This document shows, piece after piece, positions 8,277 through 18,078 of a DNA stretch of 35,260 bases. Below the pieces are notes generated by a model. That model saw only the letters and a list, made by a program, of their open reading frames with translations, was not told where the DNA came from and made no database searches. How positions within the stretch are numbered: the first letter of the stretch is position 1; every line of letters begins with the position of its first letter. The stretch lies in assembly GCA_014874425.1 (NCBI GenBank), contig JACWAG010000493.1:1-35260 (forward strand), read 5' to 3'. The stretch is from Syntrophaceae bacterium (GTDB lineage: Bacteria > Desulfobacterota > Desulfomonilia > Desulfomonilales > Desulfomonilaceae). A program made the translations under genes and the position numbers.

Positions 8277-9791
8277 ATGGAAGTCGAAAAACTAAAAAAC
8301 TACGTGAATGGAAAATGGGTCGATTCCAAAACAGGATCATTTTTCCCCACCGTCAATTCCCTAAATGGTCAAACAATAACTCTATGCCCGGATTCTACTA
8401 TTGACGAAGTTGATCTGACTATTTCTCTCGCCAAAAAGGCTTTCCAATCCTGGCGAAATACAATCCCGACCAGACGCGCGGATATTCTTTACACATTGCG
8501 GGAAAAACTACTCGCCGCTCGGAACGAATTAGCGGAAATAATAACGCTTGAACATGGAAAAACACTCTCCGACGCCAAAGGCGAATTAATGCGAGCGATA
8601 CAGTATGTGGAACATCCTTGCGGTATTCCGGAACTGCTAAAGGGCGATCACAGTGAAGACGTCGGAACAGGAGTTGACGAATATTATATAAGAGAGCCCT
8701 TGGGTGTTTTTAGTCTACTGCCTCCTTTCAACTTTCCGGCCATGATAGCCCTTTATTTCACTTGGCCTATTGCGTGCGGAAACACGGTTGTGGTGAAACC
8801 AAGCGAACTATGCCCCATGACTATGCTCAGAATAACCGAATTAGCCGAAGAGTCGGGTTTACCACCGGGAGTGTTGAATATAGTTAACGGTGGTCCACGT
8901 GTAGGCGAGAGGCTTTGCGTCCATCCGGAAATCGAGGGAGTTACATTTGTCGGGTCTTCAAAGGTCGCCGAAATGGTCTACAGAACATCGACTTCTCATG
9001 GAAAACGCGCCCAGTGTCAAGGTGGCGCAAAAAATCATGTCCTTGTCATGGAAGACGCGAACCTTGATGAGGCGATCCCGAACATAGTCAACTCTTGTTT
9101 CGGTCACACGAGCCAGAGGTGTTTCGCTGTGTCAAACGTGTTGGTCGATGAGAAGATTTATGATTCGTTCGAAGAAAGATTCATAGCTGCCTGTCAGAAA
9201 CTTAAACTGGGTGATGGACACGATCCAAAAGTCAACATGGGCCCGGTTGTGAATCAGCGAGCGCTAGATCGTCTCTACGAATCTGTCGATAAAGCGCTGG
9301 AACAAGGGGCGAAGTTGATTCTGGACGGTAGAAATCCAAAAATAGAAGAGTTTCCTGATGGGCTATTTTTTGGTCCCACTCTTTTGGAAGCTGAACCAGA
9401 TAATTTCGCGTTTAGAGAGGAGATATTCGGTCCAGTCAGGTGTGTCAAAAGCGTCAAGAGCTTGCAGGAAGCGATTAATATTATAAATTCAAGCATGTAC
9501 GGACATACTGCAGTTATATATACTCAAAACGGTGGTTGGTCCCGTCACTTCATAAGGAACGTAAATACAGGCCAAATTGGGGTCAATGTTGGCACACCCG
9601 CTCCAATAGCCTTTTATCCTGTTGGTGGCCGAAAAATATCTTTTTACGGGTCACACCGCGGTCGCGCTAACGACGCTATAGATTTCTACACGGACAAAAA
9701 GGTGATTGTAACCAAATGGAGTTCTTATGTTGAAGAACCGGCTTCAAGCAAATCAACAGAAATAAATGAACTAAACTCAGTCCTGTTTTAA
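8277..9791 (+). CDS. aldehyde dehydrogenase, methylmalonate-semialdehyde dehydrogenase (CoA-acylating)-like
   Basis: ALDH fold with N-terminal NYVNGKWV, FNFPAMI, GGAKNH (the MMSDH-type variant of the ELGGK motif), and catalytic Cys in SQRCFAVS. ATG 8277 preferred over GTG 8256. Confidence 0.85.
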   Translation: MEVEKLKNYVNGKWVDSKTGSFFPTVNSLNGQTITLCPDSTIDEVDLTISLAKKAFQSWRNTIPTRRADILYTLREKLLAARNELAEIITLEHGKTLSDAKGELMRAIQYVEHPCGIPELLKGDHSEDVGTGVDEYYIREPLGVFSLLPPFNFPAMIALYFTWPIACGNTVVVKPSELCPMTMLRITELAEESGLPPGVLNIVNGGPRVGERLCVHPEIEGVTFVGSSKVAEMVYRTSTSHGKRAQCQGGAKNHVLVMEDANLDEAIPNIVNSCFGHTSQRCFAVSNVLVDEKIYDSFEERFIAACQKLKLGDGHDPKVNMGPVVNQRALDRLYESVDKALEQGAKLILDGRNPKIEEFPDGLFFGPTLLEAEPDNFAFREEIFGPVRCVKSVKSLQEAINIINSSMYGHTAVIYTQNGGWSRHFIRNVNTGQIGVNVGTPAPIAFYPVGGRKISFYGSHRGRANDAIDFYTDKKVIVTKWSSYVEEPASSKSTEINELNSVLF

Positions 9792-9794
9792 AAA

Positions 9795-10667
9795 ATGTAT
9801 ACCGTATTCGCTCAAACCATAATTAATGGACTCCTGTTAGGAGGAGTTTATGCCGCATATTCAGCGGGATTTTCCCTGATATTTGGTGTCATGGGCGTAG
9901 TTAATCTCGCCCATGGTGAATTGATAATGTTAGGGGCTTTCACCTCTTACTGGTTGTTCGCTTATTTCAATTTGGATCCCTATTTAAGCGCGCCGTTCGC
10001 AATGGTTTTTCTGTTTCTCTTTGGATATGTAGTTCAAAAATACATCATAAATCGGGTCATTGGGCAGCCTCATATAATGAGCTACATCCTTACGTTCGGT
10101 CTCCACTTGATGATAGCCAACATAGCGATCAAAATGTGGACCCAGGATTTCCGGTCCATAACCACATCCTATTCCGGGGCTAATGCGGCAATCTGGGGTC
10201 TAAACATACCACTTGCAAGATTGGTAACCTTCATGGTGGCGCTCCTTGTGACATGGGTACTATGGTTTTTCCTGATGCGAACAGAGACGGGTCGGGCCAT
10301 CCGGGCTACCGCTCAAGACAAGGAAGTAGCCAGGTTAATGGGGGTAGATATCCGAAATATCTACGCCATAACATTTGGGCTTGGCGCGGCTATAACAGGA
10401 CTCTCCGGATCAGTGATGAGCCCCTTTGTAATTATATCCCCCGAAATGGGTCTCGAATACACAATTATTGCATTCTGTGTTGTGGTGTTGGGCGGAATGG
10501 GATACATGCCCGGAGCGCTCGTCGGAGGATTGGTTCTTGGAGTGGCGCAGTCTCTGGCGGCTACCTATCTCAATGCAGGGGTTTCTGTAGCCATAACGTT
10601 TATAATTCTATTTATTATGCTCGTCATTTGCCCGAAAGGGATCTTGGGCAAAGGTAGTGTAGCGTGA
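9795..10667 (+). CDS. livH: HAAT-family ABC transporter permease (LivH type)
   Basis: 290 aa polytopic protein with the family N-terminus QTIINGLLLGGVYAAYSAGFSLIFGVMGVVNLAHGE. Symbol is family-level only. Confidence 0.9.
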   Translation: MYTVFAQTIINGLLLGGVYAAYSAGFSLIFGVMGVVNLAHGELIMLGAFTSYWLFAYFNLDPYLSAPFAMVFLFLFGYVVQKYIINRVIGQPHIMSYILTFGLHLMIANIAIKMWTQDFRSITTSYSGANAAIWGLNIPLARLVTFMVALLVTWVLWFFLMRTETGRAIRATAQDKEVARLMGVDIRNIYAITFGLGAAITGLSGSVMSPFVIISPEMGLEYTIIAFCVVVLGGMGYMPGALVGGLVLGVAQSLAATYLNAGVSVAITFIILFIMLVICPKGILGKGSVA

Positions 10668-10694
10668 CATGCTTTAACAATAACCGAGGGCCGG

Positions 10695-11645
10695 ATGAAT
10701 TTTAAAATCGACAGGATAATTTTGATCATGTTCCTTGGTATTACTGCCGCGCTGGCCTTCCTGCCTAATTTTGTCGAATCTGAATACCTCTTGAGGTTGA
10801 TCACTGTTGTGATCTTTTGGATCGGGATTGCCGGTTGTTGGAACATGATGAGCGGATACACCGGGTATATTGATTTCGGGCCTGTGGTCTATTTTGGAAT
10901 AGGTTCCTATGTTGTCGCCATAGCCATGACCAAGTATGGGATTCCTTTTTTCCCAAGCCTTTTCATTTCCGGCGTAATATCGGGTTCAGTGGCTTTTTTG
11001 GTTGGAATACCAACCTTGCGTTTGAAAGGGGCATATTTTGCAATCGCCACGTTTGCCTTCGCTGAGGCTATGAAACAAATTACACTGGAATTTGATCGTA
11101 CATTCAGTGTTTCATTTTTTCAAGGTAGTGACGGTATAACTCTTCCGATCAGCGGCCATGACAATTCATTTTTCTTCTATTGCGTTTTACCGGTAACCTT
11201 TTTGGTAATGCTAGCTCATTACTTTATTGAACATTCAAAATTCGGATATGGACTGAAAGCCATAAAGGAAGCTGAAACCGCCGCCGAAATAAGTGGGGTC
11301 AATACTACAGCCAACAAACTGGGCGCTTATGTAAGCAGCGCTTTTTTTCTAGGTTTGTTTGGAGCTATAGAGGCTTACTGGATTACCTATATAACCCCTT
11401 CCGATGTTTTCAACATTCAAAAAACAGTTCAGATGGTAATCATGACACTATTGGGAGGTATGGGGACATTTTTGGGGCCGGTGATAGGAGCGACTTTTCT
11501 GACTCTGATTTCCGAGTCGCTGGGCGCGCGATTTGTCGAATACTACCTCATTATGATTGGCGGGATCATAATTGTGGCTATTTTGATAATGCCCAACGGA
11601 ATAATTGGGAGCTTGAAGATACGCAAGAAATTAAGGTTTATTTAA
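10695..11645 (+). CDS. livM: HAAT-family ABC transporter permease (LivM type)
   Basis: 316 aa polytopic protein; GYTGYIDFGPVVYFGIGSY and LRLKGAYFAIATFAFAE are typical LivM motifs. Confidence 0.9.
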   Translation: MNFKIDRIILIMFLGITAALAFLPNFVESEYLLRLITVVIFWIGIAGCWNMMSGYTGYIDFGPVVYFGIGSYVVAIAMTKYGIPFFPSLFISGVISGSVAFLVGIPTLRLKGAYFAIATFAFAEAMKQITLEFDRTFSVSFFQGSDGITLPISGHDNSFFFYCVLPVTFLVMLAHYFIEHSKFGYGLKAIKEAETAAEISGVNTTANKLGAYVSSAFFLGLFGAIEAYWITYITPSDVFNIQKTVQMVIMTLLGGMGTFLGPVIGATFLTLISESLGARFVEYYLIMIGGIIIVAILIMPNGIIGSLKIRKKLRFI

Positions 11646-11682
11646 TCTATGCAATAAATACAATAGCTTATTCGGGCACAAA

Positions 11683-12420
11683 ATGACTGGTTTGGAATGC
11701 AGGAAAGTAAGTATGAAATTTGGGGCCCTTGCCGCGGTCCAGATGGTGAGTTTTTCCCTGAATCCTGGTGAGATTCTGGGAATGATAGGACCCAACGGGG
11801 CTGGAAAAACTACTCTTCTCAATTGTGTAATTGGTATCCATAAACCTACTTCTGGGAGAATTTTCCTCAATCAAATCGACATAACTGGCATGAAACCCCA
11901 TAAAATTTGCCGCATGGGTTTAGCAAAAACATCCCAAATTATGGAGCCATTTATGGCGATGACCGTATTTGAAAACGTTCTCGTGGGCGCCTTGCATGGT
12001 GGTCGGATGAGAATGCGCCTAGCAACTGAAAAAACGGAGAAGGTCATAGAGCTAGTAGGACTTAAACAATACGCTTACAAGCTTTCAGGGTCTATTCCTG
12101 TGCCGGCGCGCAGACGGCTCGAACTCGCCAGGGCTTTAGCGAGCGGCGCCAATATCCTTCTTCTTGACGAAAACATGGCAGGCTTAAACCCTCATGAAAT
12201 CGATGAAGCGCTTGAGATTCTAAAAAAGATCCGAAACTCAGGAAAATCTCTAATAGTTATAGAACATATCATGAGGGTTGTAATGGGTATTTCAGATCGA
12301 ATCATCGTATTAAATTACGGCTCCAAAATTGCTGAGGGTTTTCCAGAAGAAGTTGTAAATGATGAATCGGTAATAAAAGCGTACCTGGGAGATAAGCTTA
12401 CATCTCTTAAAGTAGCTTGA
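11683..12420 (+). CDS. livG: ABC transporter ATP-binding protein (LivG type)
   Basis: Walker A GPNGAGKTT, Walker B LLLDE (signature loop degenerate), C-terminal IKAYLG typical of LivG. Confidence 0.9.
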   Translation: MTGLECRKVSMKFGALAAVQMVSFSLNPGEILGMIGPNGAGKTTLLNCVIGIHKPTSGRIFLNQIDITGMKPHKICRMGLAKTSQIMEPFMAMTVFENVLVGALHGGRMRMRLATEKTEKVIELVGLKQYAYKLSGSIPVPARRRLELARALASGANILLLDENMAGLNPHEIDEALEILKKIRNSGKSLIVIEHIMRVVMGISDRIIVLNYGSKIAEGFPEEVVNDESVIKAYLGDKLTSLKVA

Positions 12421-13148
12421 GAACAAATAAAATGAACGAACCCCTTCTAAAAGTAGAAAAAATTGATGTTTCGTATCGCGATGTTCAGGTTCTTCATGAA
12501 ATTGATCTAGAGGTTTATCCATCTGAGATTGTTACTGTAATAGGCCCTAACGGGGCTGGGAAAAGCACTTTGCTTAGTGCAATAATGGGTTTTGAAACCC
12601 CCAACAACGGCTCAATAACTTTTAATGGGAAGAAAATAACCGGGACCCCACCGGAAGAAACAGTAAAATTGGGTATGACTATAGTACCGGAGGGGGCCCG
12701 GGTCTTCACGGAGATGACAGTTCTGGACAATCTGAAAATGGGTTCATACATAAAATCATCACGTGTTCATCGAAAATCATCATTTGAAATGGTTTTCAAT
12801 TTCTTTCCCCGTTTACATGAAAGAATAAAGCAGAAAGGCGGCACCTTGAGTGGAGGTGAACGCCAGATGCTGGCAATAGGAAGGGCGTTAATGTCCAGAC
12901 CCTCTTTGTTGCTCCTGGATGAACCTTCTCTTGGATTGGCCCCATTGCTTGTTACTAAAGTATTCGAAACCATAGTTGAAATCGCAACGACTGGTTTAAC
13001 TGTGTTGTTAGTTGAGCAGAATGTTCATTTTTCCCTGGAAATTTCCAAAAGAGCATACGTGCTTGAGAACGGACGGATTGTAAAACACGGCTTTTCTGAA
13101 GAGCTTATGAACAACGATTATATTAAAAAATCCTATCTGGCGCTCTAG
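12417..13148 (+). CDS. livF: ABC transporter ATP-binding protein (LivF type)
   Basis: Walker A GPNGAGKST, signature LSGGERQ, Walker B LLLDEPS. TTG 12417 overlaps the livG stop (TTGA). ATG 12432 (MNEPLLKVE...) is an equally plausible start. Confidence 0.9.
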   Translation: MRTNKMNEPLLKVEKIDVSYRDVQVLHEIDLEVYPSEIVTVIGPNGAGKSTLLSAIMGFETPNNGSITFNGKKITGTPPEETVKLGMTIVPEGARVFTEMTVLDNLKMGSYIKSSRVHRKSSFEMVFNFFPRLHERIKQKGGTLSGGERQMLAIGRALMSRPSLLLLDEPSLGLAPLLVTKVFETIVEIATTGLTVLLVEQNVHFSLEISKRAYVLENGRIVKHGFSEELMNNDYIKKSYLAL

Positions 13149-13173
13149 AAAATTTGCCTCGAGGTTTCCCATT

Positions 13174-13701
13174 ATGAATCAAGAAAACCCACAGGATGAA
13201 CTAGCTGATCTGGAAATTTCTTTCACATTGAATGACTCTCAAGTTCGTGTTTCGATAAAACCATGGGAAACTGCCTTAGAAACTCTTCGAAACAAATTCG
13301 GGCTTACGGGAGTAAAAGAAGGCTGTGGAATTGGTGAATGTGGGGCCTGCACAATAGTCATGGACGGAAAAGCCGTTAATGGATGTCTAATATTGGCGGC
13401 TCAACTCGATGGGCGAACAGTCGAAACAGTCGAAGGTCTGTCTTCGAATGGGACCATGAACTACCTACAAAAAGCCTTTCTGGATAAAGGCGGTGTGCAA
13501 TGCGGTTTTTGTACTCCAGGAATGCTGATGTCAGCCAAGGCCTTGCTGGATGAATGCGATCAGCCATCGAAAAAAGTAATCACAAACGCTTTATCAGGCA
13601 ATTTATGTCGGTGCGCTGGTTACGTTCAAATAGTCGATGCGGTGGAAGAGGCGGCGCTAATAAAGTCAAAAGACGCAGAGGACCAAGCTGTCAATAGATG
13701 A
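13174..13701 (+). CDS. molybdenum hydroxylase small subunit, 2x[2Fe-2S] (CoxS/XdhA-N family)
   Basis: CGIGECGACTIVMDGKAVNGC (plant-type cluster) and CGFCTPGM...CRCAGY (second cluster). Confidence 0.9.
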   Translation: MNQENPQDELADLEISFTLNDSQVRVSIKPWETALETLRNKFGLTGVKEGCGIGECGACTIVMDGKAVNGCLILAAQLDGRTVETVEGLSSNGTMNYLQKAFLDKGGVQCGFCTPGMLMSAKALLDECDQPSKKVITNALSGNLCRCAGYVQIVDAVEEAALIKSKDAEDQAVNR

Positions 13702-14558
13702 GAATTAATTTCAAATACTTAAGACCACATTCTCTGAATGAGTGTTTGGCGGTTCTTGCTACACATGGGGACGAGTCTGCGATATTGGCCGGTGGCACTG
13801 ATCTGATGATTTCTCTCAGAAGTGGTTCACGGACACCTAAGTTTGTCCTGGATATTTCGAGACTAAGTGAAATTCGCTCTGTTGAACAACACGCCGAAGT
13901 CATCAAGATAGGAGCCATTCTGACATATTCAGAATTGATCGCTCATCCTTTAATAGTCAAGACTTTTCCAGCTCTTAGCGCCGCAATGAGCTGCGTAGGG
14001 AGCCTTCAAATCAGAAACGTCGGGACTTTGGGAGGCAATATAGCGAACTCTTCGCCTGCTGCGGATAGTATTCCCCCAATGATGATCCACGACGCTCAGG
14101 TCATGATTCAAAAAGTTAATTCTGTCAGAATAGAAAAGCTGGAGAAACTCATTGTGGGGCCATCTTCAAACACTTTAGAGCCTGATGAATTGATTACCGG
14201 GATAATCTTGAAGCCCGTTGAAAGCGCTTATAAACAAAGTTACCGGCGTATAGCCCGACGCAAGAGCCTTTCCATAGCAAGAGTCAATATGGCGGTATCA
14301 GCAAAATTGGATGCCAATGGACTCATAGAGGACGTTAGAATTTCGGTGGGTTCCGTGGCCCCAACTCCGCTGCGAATTAAAAAAATTGAAGATTCTCTAA
14401 TAGGACTGAAACCTGAATCCAAATTTATTCAGGAAACTGGTGAGTTGGTTGCCCGTCACATTGTGGACCTTGTTGGAGTTCGCCATTCCACTGAGTATAA
14501 ACGGCCGGCTATAGCGGGCCTGGCTATAAAATGCTTAGAGGACGTGTTCATTGACTGA
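13698..14558 (+). CDS. molybdenum hydroxylase FAD-binding medium subunit (CoxM/XdhB family)
   Basis: ILAGGTDLM and TLGGNIANSSPAAD motifs. Its ATG overlaps the small-subunit stop (ATGA). Confidence 0.85.
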   Translation: MRINFKYLRPHSLNECLAVLATHGDESAILAGGTDLMISLRSGSRTPKFVLDISRLSEIRSVEQHAEVIKIGAILTYSELIAHPLIVKTFPALSAAMSCVGSLQIRNVGTLGGNIANSSPAADSIPPMMIHDAQVMIQKVNSVRIEKLEKLIVGPSSNTLEPDELITGIILKPVESAYKQSYRRIARRKSLSIARVNMAVSAKLDANGLIEDVRISVGSVAPTPLRIKKIEDSLIGLKPESKFIQETGELVARHIVDLVGVRHSTEYKRPAIAGLAIKCLEDVFID

Positions 14559-16848
14559 CACAAACTTTAGCCAAAGCTCTTCATCAATCGGATTGAATAT
14601 TTCGCGTGTCGGAGCGGAAGAAAAGCTTCAGGGTAAAGCGCTATTTGCAAACGATGTCGTTTTGAAAAACGCCCTATGCCTGAAAGCCCTAAGAAGTGAA
14701 CTGCCTCACGCTGTAATTGAATCAATAGAAGTTCAAAGGGCTATAAATTCGCCCGGATGTGTAGCCGTTTTCACAGGTAGAGATATACCTGGAAAAAACA
14801 GGTATGGCCTCATCAACAAAGACCAACCACTTCTTGCTGATACTAAAGTTAGATTTGTCGGTGATCCAGTCGCTCTGGTGGCCGCAGTCTCCGAGGACGC
14901 GGCGCAGACCGCCCTCTCCAAAATCAAGGTCGAATACAAGGAATTAGCCGCTGTTTTTGATCCGGAAGAAGCGCTTGCGCCAGGCGCTCCATTGATCCAT
15001 GAAAAAGGCAATCTTTTGGGGAAACGATTAATAAAGAAAGGTGTCCCTGATTTGGCGTTTCAAAAAGCGGATATAGTCATTGAACGGAAGTACCAGACGA
15101 CGTTCGTCGAACACGCTTATCTTGAACCGGACGCCGGAGCCGCATTTGTAGACCAAAGTGGGCGAATAACAATATATGCGTCTACTCAAAACCCCCATTA
15201 TGACCAGGTTGATGTGGCTAAGCTGTTAGGACTTCCCGAAAACATGGTTCGAATCATTCAAACAGCAACAGGCGGAGGCTTTGGATCAAAACTTGACATC
15301 AATACACAGGGGTTCCTCGGGCTGGCGGCTTATCTTTTGAAAAGACCCGTCAAAATGACCTATAGCCGTGAAGAGGCTTTCCTTTGCACATCCAAAAGAC
15401 ACCCATTAAAGATAGTGTACAAATCAGCGGCCAATAAAGATGGGAGACTACTGGCGATAGATGTCAAAATAATTGGCGATACGGGCGCTTACGCGTCCTA
15501 CGGACTTGCTGTTGTGACTCGTTCCGCAGTTCACGCGACTGGTCCGTATGAGGTCCCAAATGTCCACGTCGAGTCTGTTTTCGCGTATACCAACAATTCT
15601 ATTGCAGGCGCAATGAGAGGTTTTGGTGTGCCTCAGATGGCTTTTGCGCATGAGTCGCAAATGGACTTACTTGCTGAAGCATTGGCTGTCAGCCCACTTG
15701 AAATAAGGGCTAGGAATATTCTAAGATTGGGGTCAACTACCGCTACCAAACAGACGCTTACGGCCAGTGTTGGAATAGGGGCGTGCATTGAAGCTATAGC
15801 TCCACATTACGAACAAATTAAAAAATCCATTGAGCTAACAAAAACGAAAAATCTCCGCGGGGTAGGATTGGGTTGCATGATGTACGGTATAGGCAATACA
15901 GGTGTCCAAAACCCGTCTACCGCGCAAGTCGAATTACAACCTGACGGTACGATAACATTGTTCAGTGGAGCGGCTGATATAGGGCAAGGCTCCTCCACCG
16001 TTTTAACTCAAATTGCAGCCACTGAACTTGGTCTGGACTCGAACAAAATCGACCTTGTAACTGCCGATACCGGAATGACGACTTCTGCAGGGGCCACATC
16101 TGCAAGCAGACAAACCTATATCTCCGGAAATGCCGTATTGGATGCTGTCTCAAAACTCAAGGAAATGCTTCTTACTGAAGCCGCTACCATGCTCAGGACT
16201 GGACGAGCCTCCCTGACTTTAAAAAATGGCAGAATCGAAAATATTTCAAACAACGCACTATTTGTCACTCTGGAACAGGTTGTAAGAAAGGCTGTAACGG
16301 AGGGAATACCACTAAAATGGCAGGGTTTTTTTGATCCCGATACTACCCCTCTGGACCCTGATACAGGTGAAGGCAATCCTTACGCGACTTTTGCTTTCGC
16401 AGCTCAACTTGCAGAAATTGAAATCGATGTTCTCACAGGAGAGGTCACAGTCACAAAAGTTGTTGCGGCTCATGATGTAGGAAAGGCTATAAACCCTGAT
16501 TGTGTAAAGGGCCAAATTTATGGTGGGGTCGCAATGGGATTAGGTTTTGCCCTAATGGAAGAATTTGCGCCGGGGAAAACAGTCTCCCTTAAAGATTACC
16601 ATGTGCCTACGTTTTCGGATATGCCCGATGTACATGCCATAATAGTTGAAGACGCTGAACCAACGGGTCCCTACGGAGCAAAGGGAGTGGGTGAACCAGC
16701 GTTAATACCTACCGCTCCGGCGATACTTAACGCGATAGCTGACGCTTTGGGATCAAGAATTTATTTTTTGCCGGCCAACCTGGAACGGATCATGAAAGCA
16801 ATCCATTCAGGGACCTCAAAACCACTTAAAATAAAACTGATGGTGTAA
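14551..16848 (+). CDS. molybdenum hydroxylase large molybdopterin-binding subunit (xanthine dehydrogenase/aldehyde oxidase family)
   Basis: 765 aa with GGGFGSK, MRGFGVPQ and C-terminal GVGEPALIP (catalytic Glu context). TTG start overlaps the FAD-subunit stop by 8 nt. The substrate cannot be called from the sequence alone. Confidence 0.9.
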   Translation: MTDTNFSQSSSSIGLNISRVGAEEKLQGKALFANDVVLKNALCLKALRSELPHAVIESIEVQRAINSPGCVAVFTGRDIPGKNRYGLINKDQPLLADTKVRFVGDPVALVAAVSEDAAQTALSKIKVEYKELAAVFDPEEALAPGAPLIHEKGNLLGKRLIKKGVPDLAFQKADIVIERKYQTTFVEHAYLEPDAGAAFVDQSGRITIYASTQNPHYDQVDVAKLLGLPENMVRIIQTATGGGFGSKLDINTQGFLGLAAYLLKRPVKMTYSREEAFLCTSKRHPLKIVYKSAANKDGRLLAIDVKIIGDTGAYASYGLAVVTRSAVHATGPYEVPNVHVESVFAYTNNSIAGAMRGFGVPQMAFAHESQMDLLAEALAVSPLEIRARNILRLGSTTATKQTLTASVGIGACIEAIAPHYEQIKKSIELTKTKNLRGVGLGCMMYGIGNTGVQNPSTAQVELQPDGTITLFSGAADIGQGSSTVLTQIAATELGLDSNKIDLVTADTGMTTSAGATSASRQTYISGNAVLDAVSKLKEMLLTEAATMLRTGRASLTLKNGRIENISNNALFVTLEQVVRKAVTEGIPLKWQGFFDPDTTPLDPDTGEGNPYATFAFAAQLAEIEIDVLTGEVTVTKVVAAHDVGKAINPDCVKGQIYGGVAMGLGFALMEEFAPGKTVSLKDYHVPTFSDMPDVHAIIVEDAEPTGPYGAKGVGEPALIPTAPAILNAIADALGSRIYFLPANLERIMKAIHSGTSKPLKIKLMV

Positions 16849-16886
16849 AACAGGATATTACGATCAAGACCAAGGAGTCGTCATTT

Positions 16887-18044
16887 ATGTCTAAAACGCT
16901 TATCAAGAACATAGGAACATTGATTTCCGGAAATATCATAAATCCTAAAATAAACGCTGACAGTATATTGATAGCTGACGGGAAAATAAGCGCTATAGGA
17001 TCGGTTTCGGAGTTAGCTGACGGAGTTGATTTAGTAATAGACGCGAATGGAACAACTGTTGCCCCAGGCCTTATTGATTCACACTGTCACGTGGTCCTTG
17101 GTGATTATACTCCTAGACAAAAACAAATGGACTTTATTGAAAGTGAAACTCATGGAGGAGTAACTACAATAATATCAGCCGGTGAAGTCCATTTGCCGGG
17201 ACGACCAACAGATCCTGCCGGGACCAAGGCCCTGGCTATCCTGGCCGCAAAATCCTTTACAAATTTCCGACCCGGAGGCGCCAAGGTAATTGGAGGTTCG
17301 GTAATCCTTGAAAAAGGCCTTGTCGAAAATGATTTTGAAGAAATGGCTCGTGAAGGTGTACGAGTAGTTGGTGAAATAGGGTTGGGCACGGTCAAATTTC
17401 CAGTGGATGCCGTGCCAATGGTAAAATGGGCCAGGAAAAACAATATGACGATATTGATGCACACAGGCGGGACCTCAATACCCGGAAGCGACACTGTTAC
17501 AGCCGAACAAGTCATAGCTACCGACCCAGATGTCGCCTGTCACGTTAATGGCGGTCCTACCGCTATGTCCTCGGGTGAAATCAGAAAACTCATTAATGAC
17601 ACTAAATACGCAATTGAGCTGGTTCACTGTGGTAATCCCAAAGCCCTTCTAGACGCTGTAAATATGGGGCTGGATAGCAAAGCGCTTTCCAGGTTCATTA
17701 TAGGCAATGACGCTCCTTCAGGCACTGGTGTCATACCACTAGGGATTCTAAGGGTAATTTGCATGGTAGCGTCCCTGACTGCCGTGACACCCGAGCAAGC
17801 CATTTGTATGGCTACCGGCAATACTGCAAAAGTGTTCAAGCTTGATACAGGCGTCGTTCAGATAGGGGCGCCCGCTGATCTCATAATGTTGGACAGCCCC
17901 ATGGGATCAGTTGGGAAGTCCGCTTTAGACGCCATAAAAGTTGGTGATATTCCTGGGGTCTCCATGGTGATGATCGACGGAAAAATCCACGTGAAGACAA
18001 GCAGGAATACCCCTCCTGCGGCTAAAAAACCGTCATTCAATTGA
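16887..18044 (+). CDS. enamidase-like amidohydrolase (1,4,5,6-tetrahydro-6-oxonicotinate hydrolase family)
   Basis: 385 aa. It appears collinear with my recollection of Eubacterium barkeri enamidase: MSKT.IKNIG start, DSHCHV metal motif, DY.PRQK.MDFI, HGGVTT, MHTGGTSIPGS.TVTA, NGGPTA, GNDAPSGTG.IPLGILR, CMATGN, C-terminal SRNTPPA. AAGGAG RBS. Needs alignment to confirm. Confidence 0.8.
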   Translation: MSKTLIKNIGTLISGNIINPKINADSILIADGKISAIGSVSELADGVDLVIDANGTTVAPGLIDSHCHVVLGDYTPRQKQMDFIESETHGGVTTIISAGEVHLPGRPTDPAGTKALAILAAKSFTNFRPGGAKVIGGSVILEKGLVENDFEEMAREGVRVVGEIGLGTVKFPVDAVPMVKWARKNNMTILMHTGGTSIPGSDTVTAEQVIATDPDVACHVNGGPTAMSSGEIRKLINDTKYAIELVHCGNPKALLDAVNMGLDSKALSRFIIGNDAPSGTGVIPLGILRVICMVASLTAVTPEQAICMATGNTAKVFKLDTGVVQIGAPADLIMLDSPMGSVGKSALDAIKVGDIPGVSMVMIDGKIHVKTSRNTPPAAKKPSFN

Positions 18045-18078
18045 AATTGGCATTTAACAACTATGAACGCGGGCATAT

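Noticed and set aside
10253-10657. 134-aa alternative-frame ORF inside livH, and similar long shadow ORFs (for example 17150-17515, 26384-26800, 22293-22610, 34725-35093)
   Set aside because: All are fully nested within or antisense to genes with strong family signatures, have Arg/Ser/Gly-rich shadow composition and lack RBSs.
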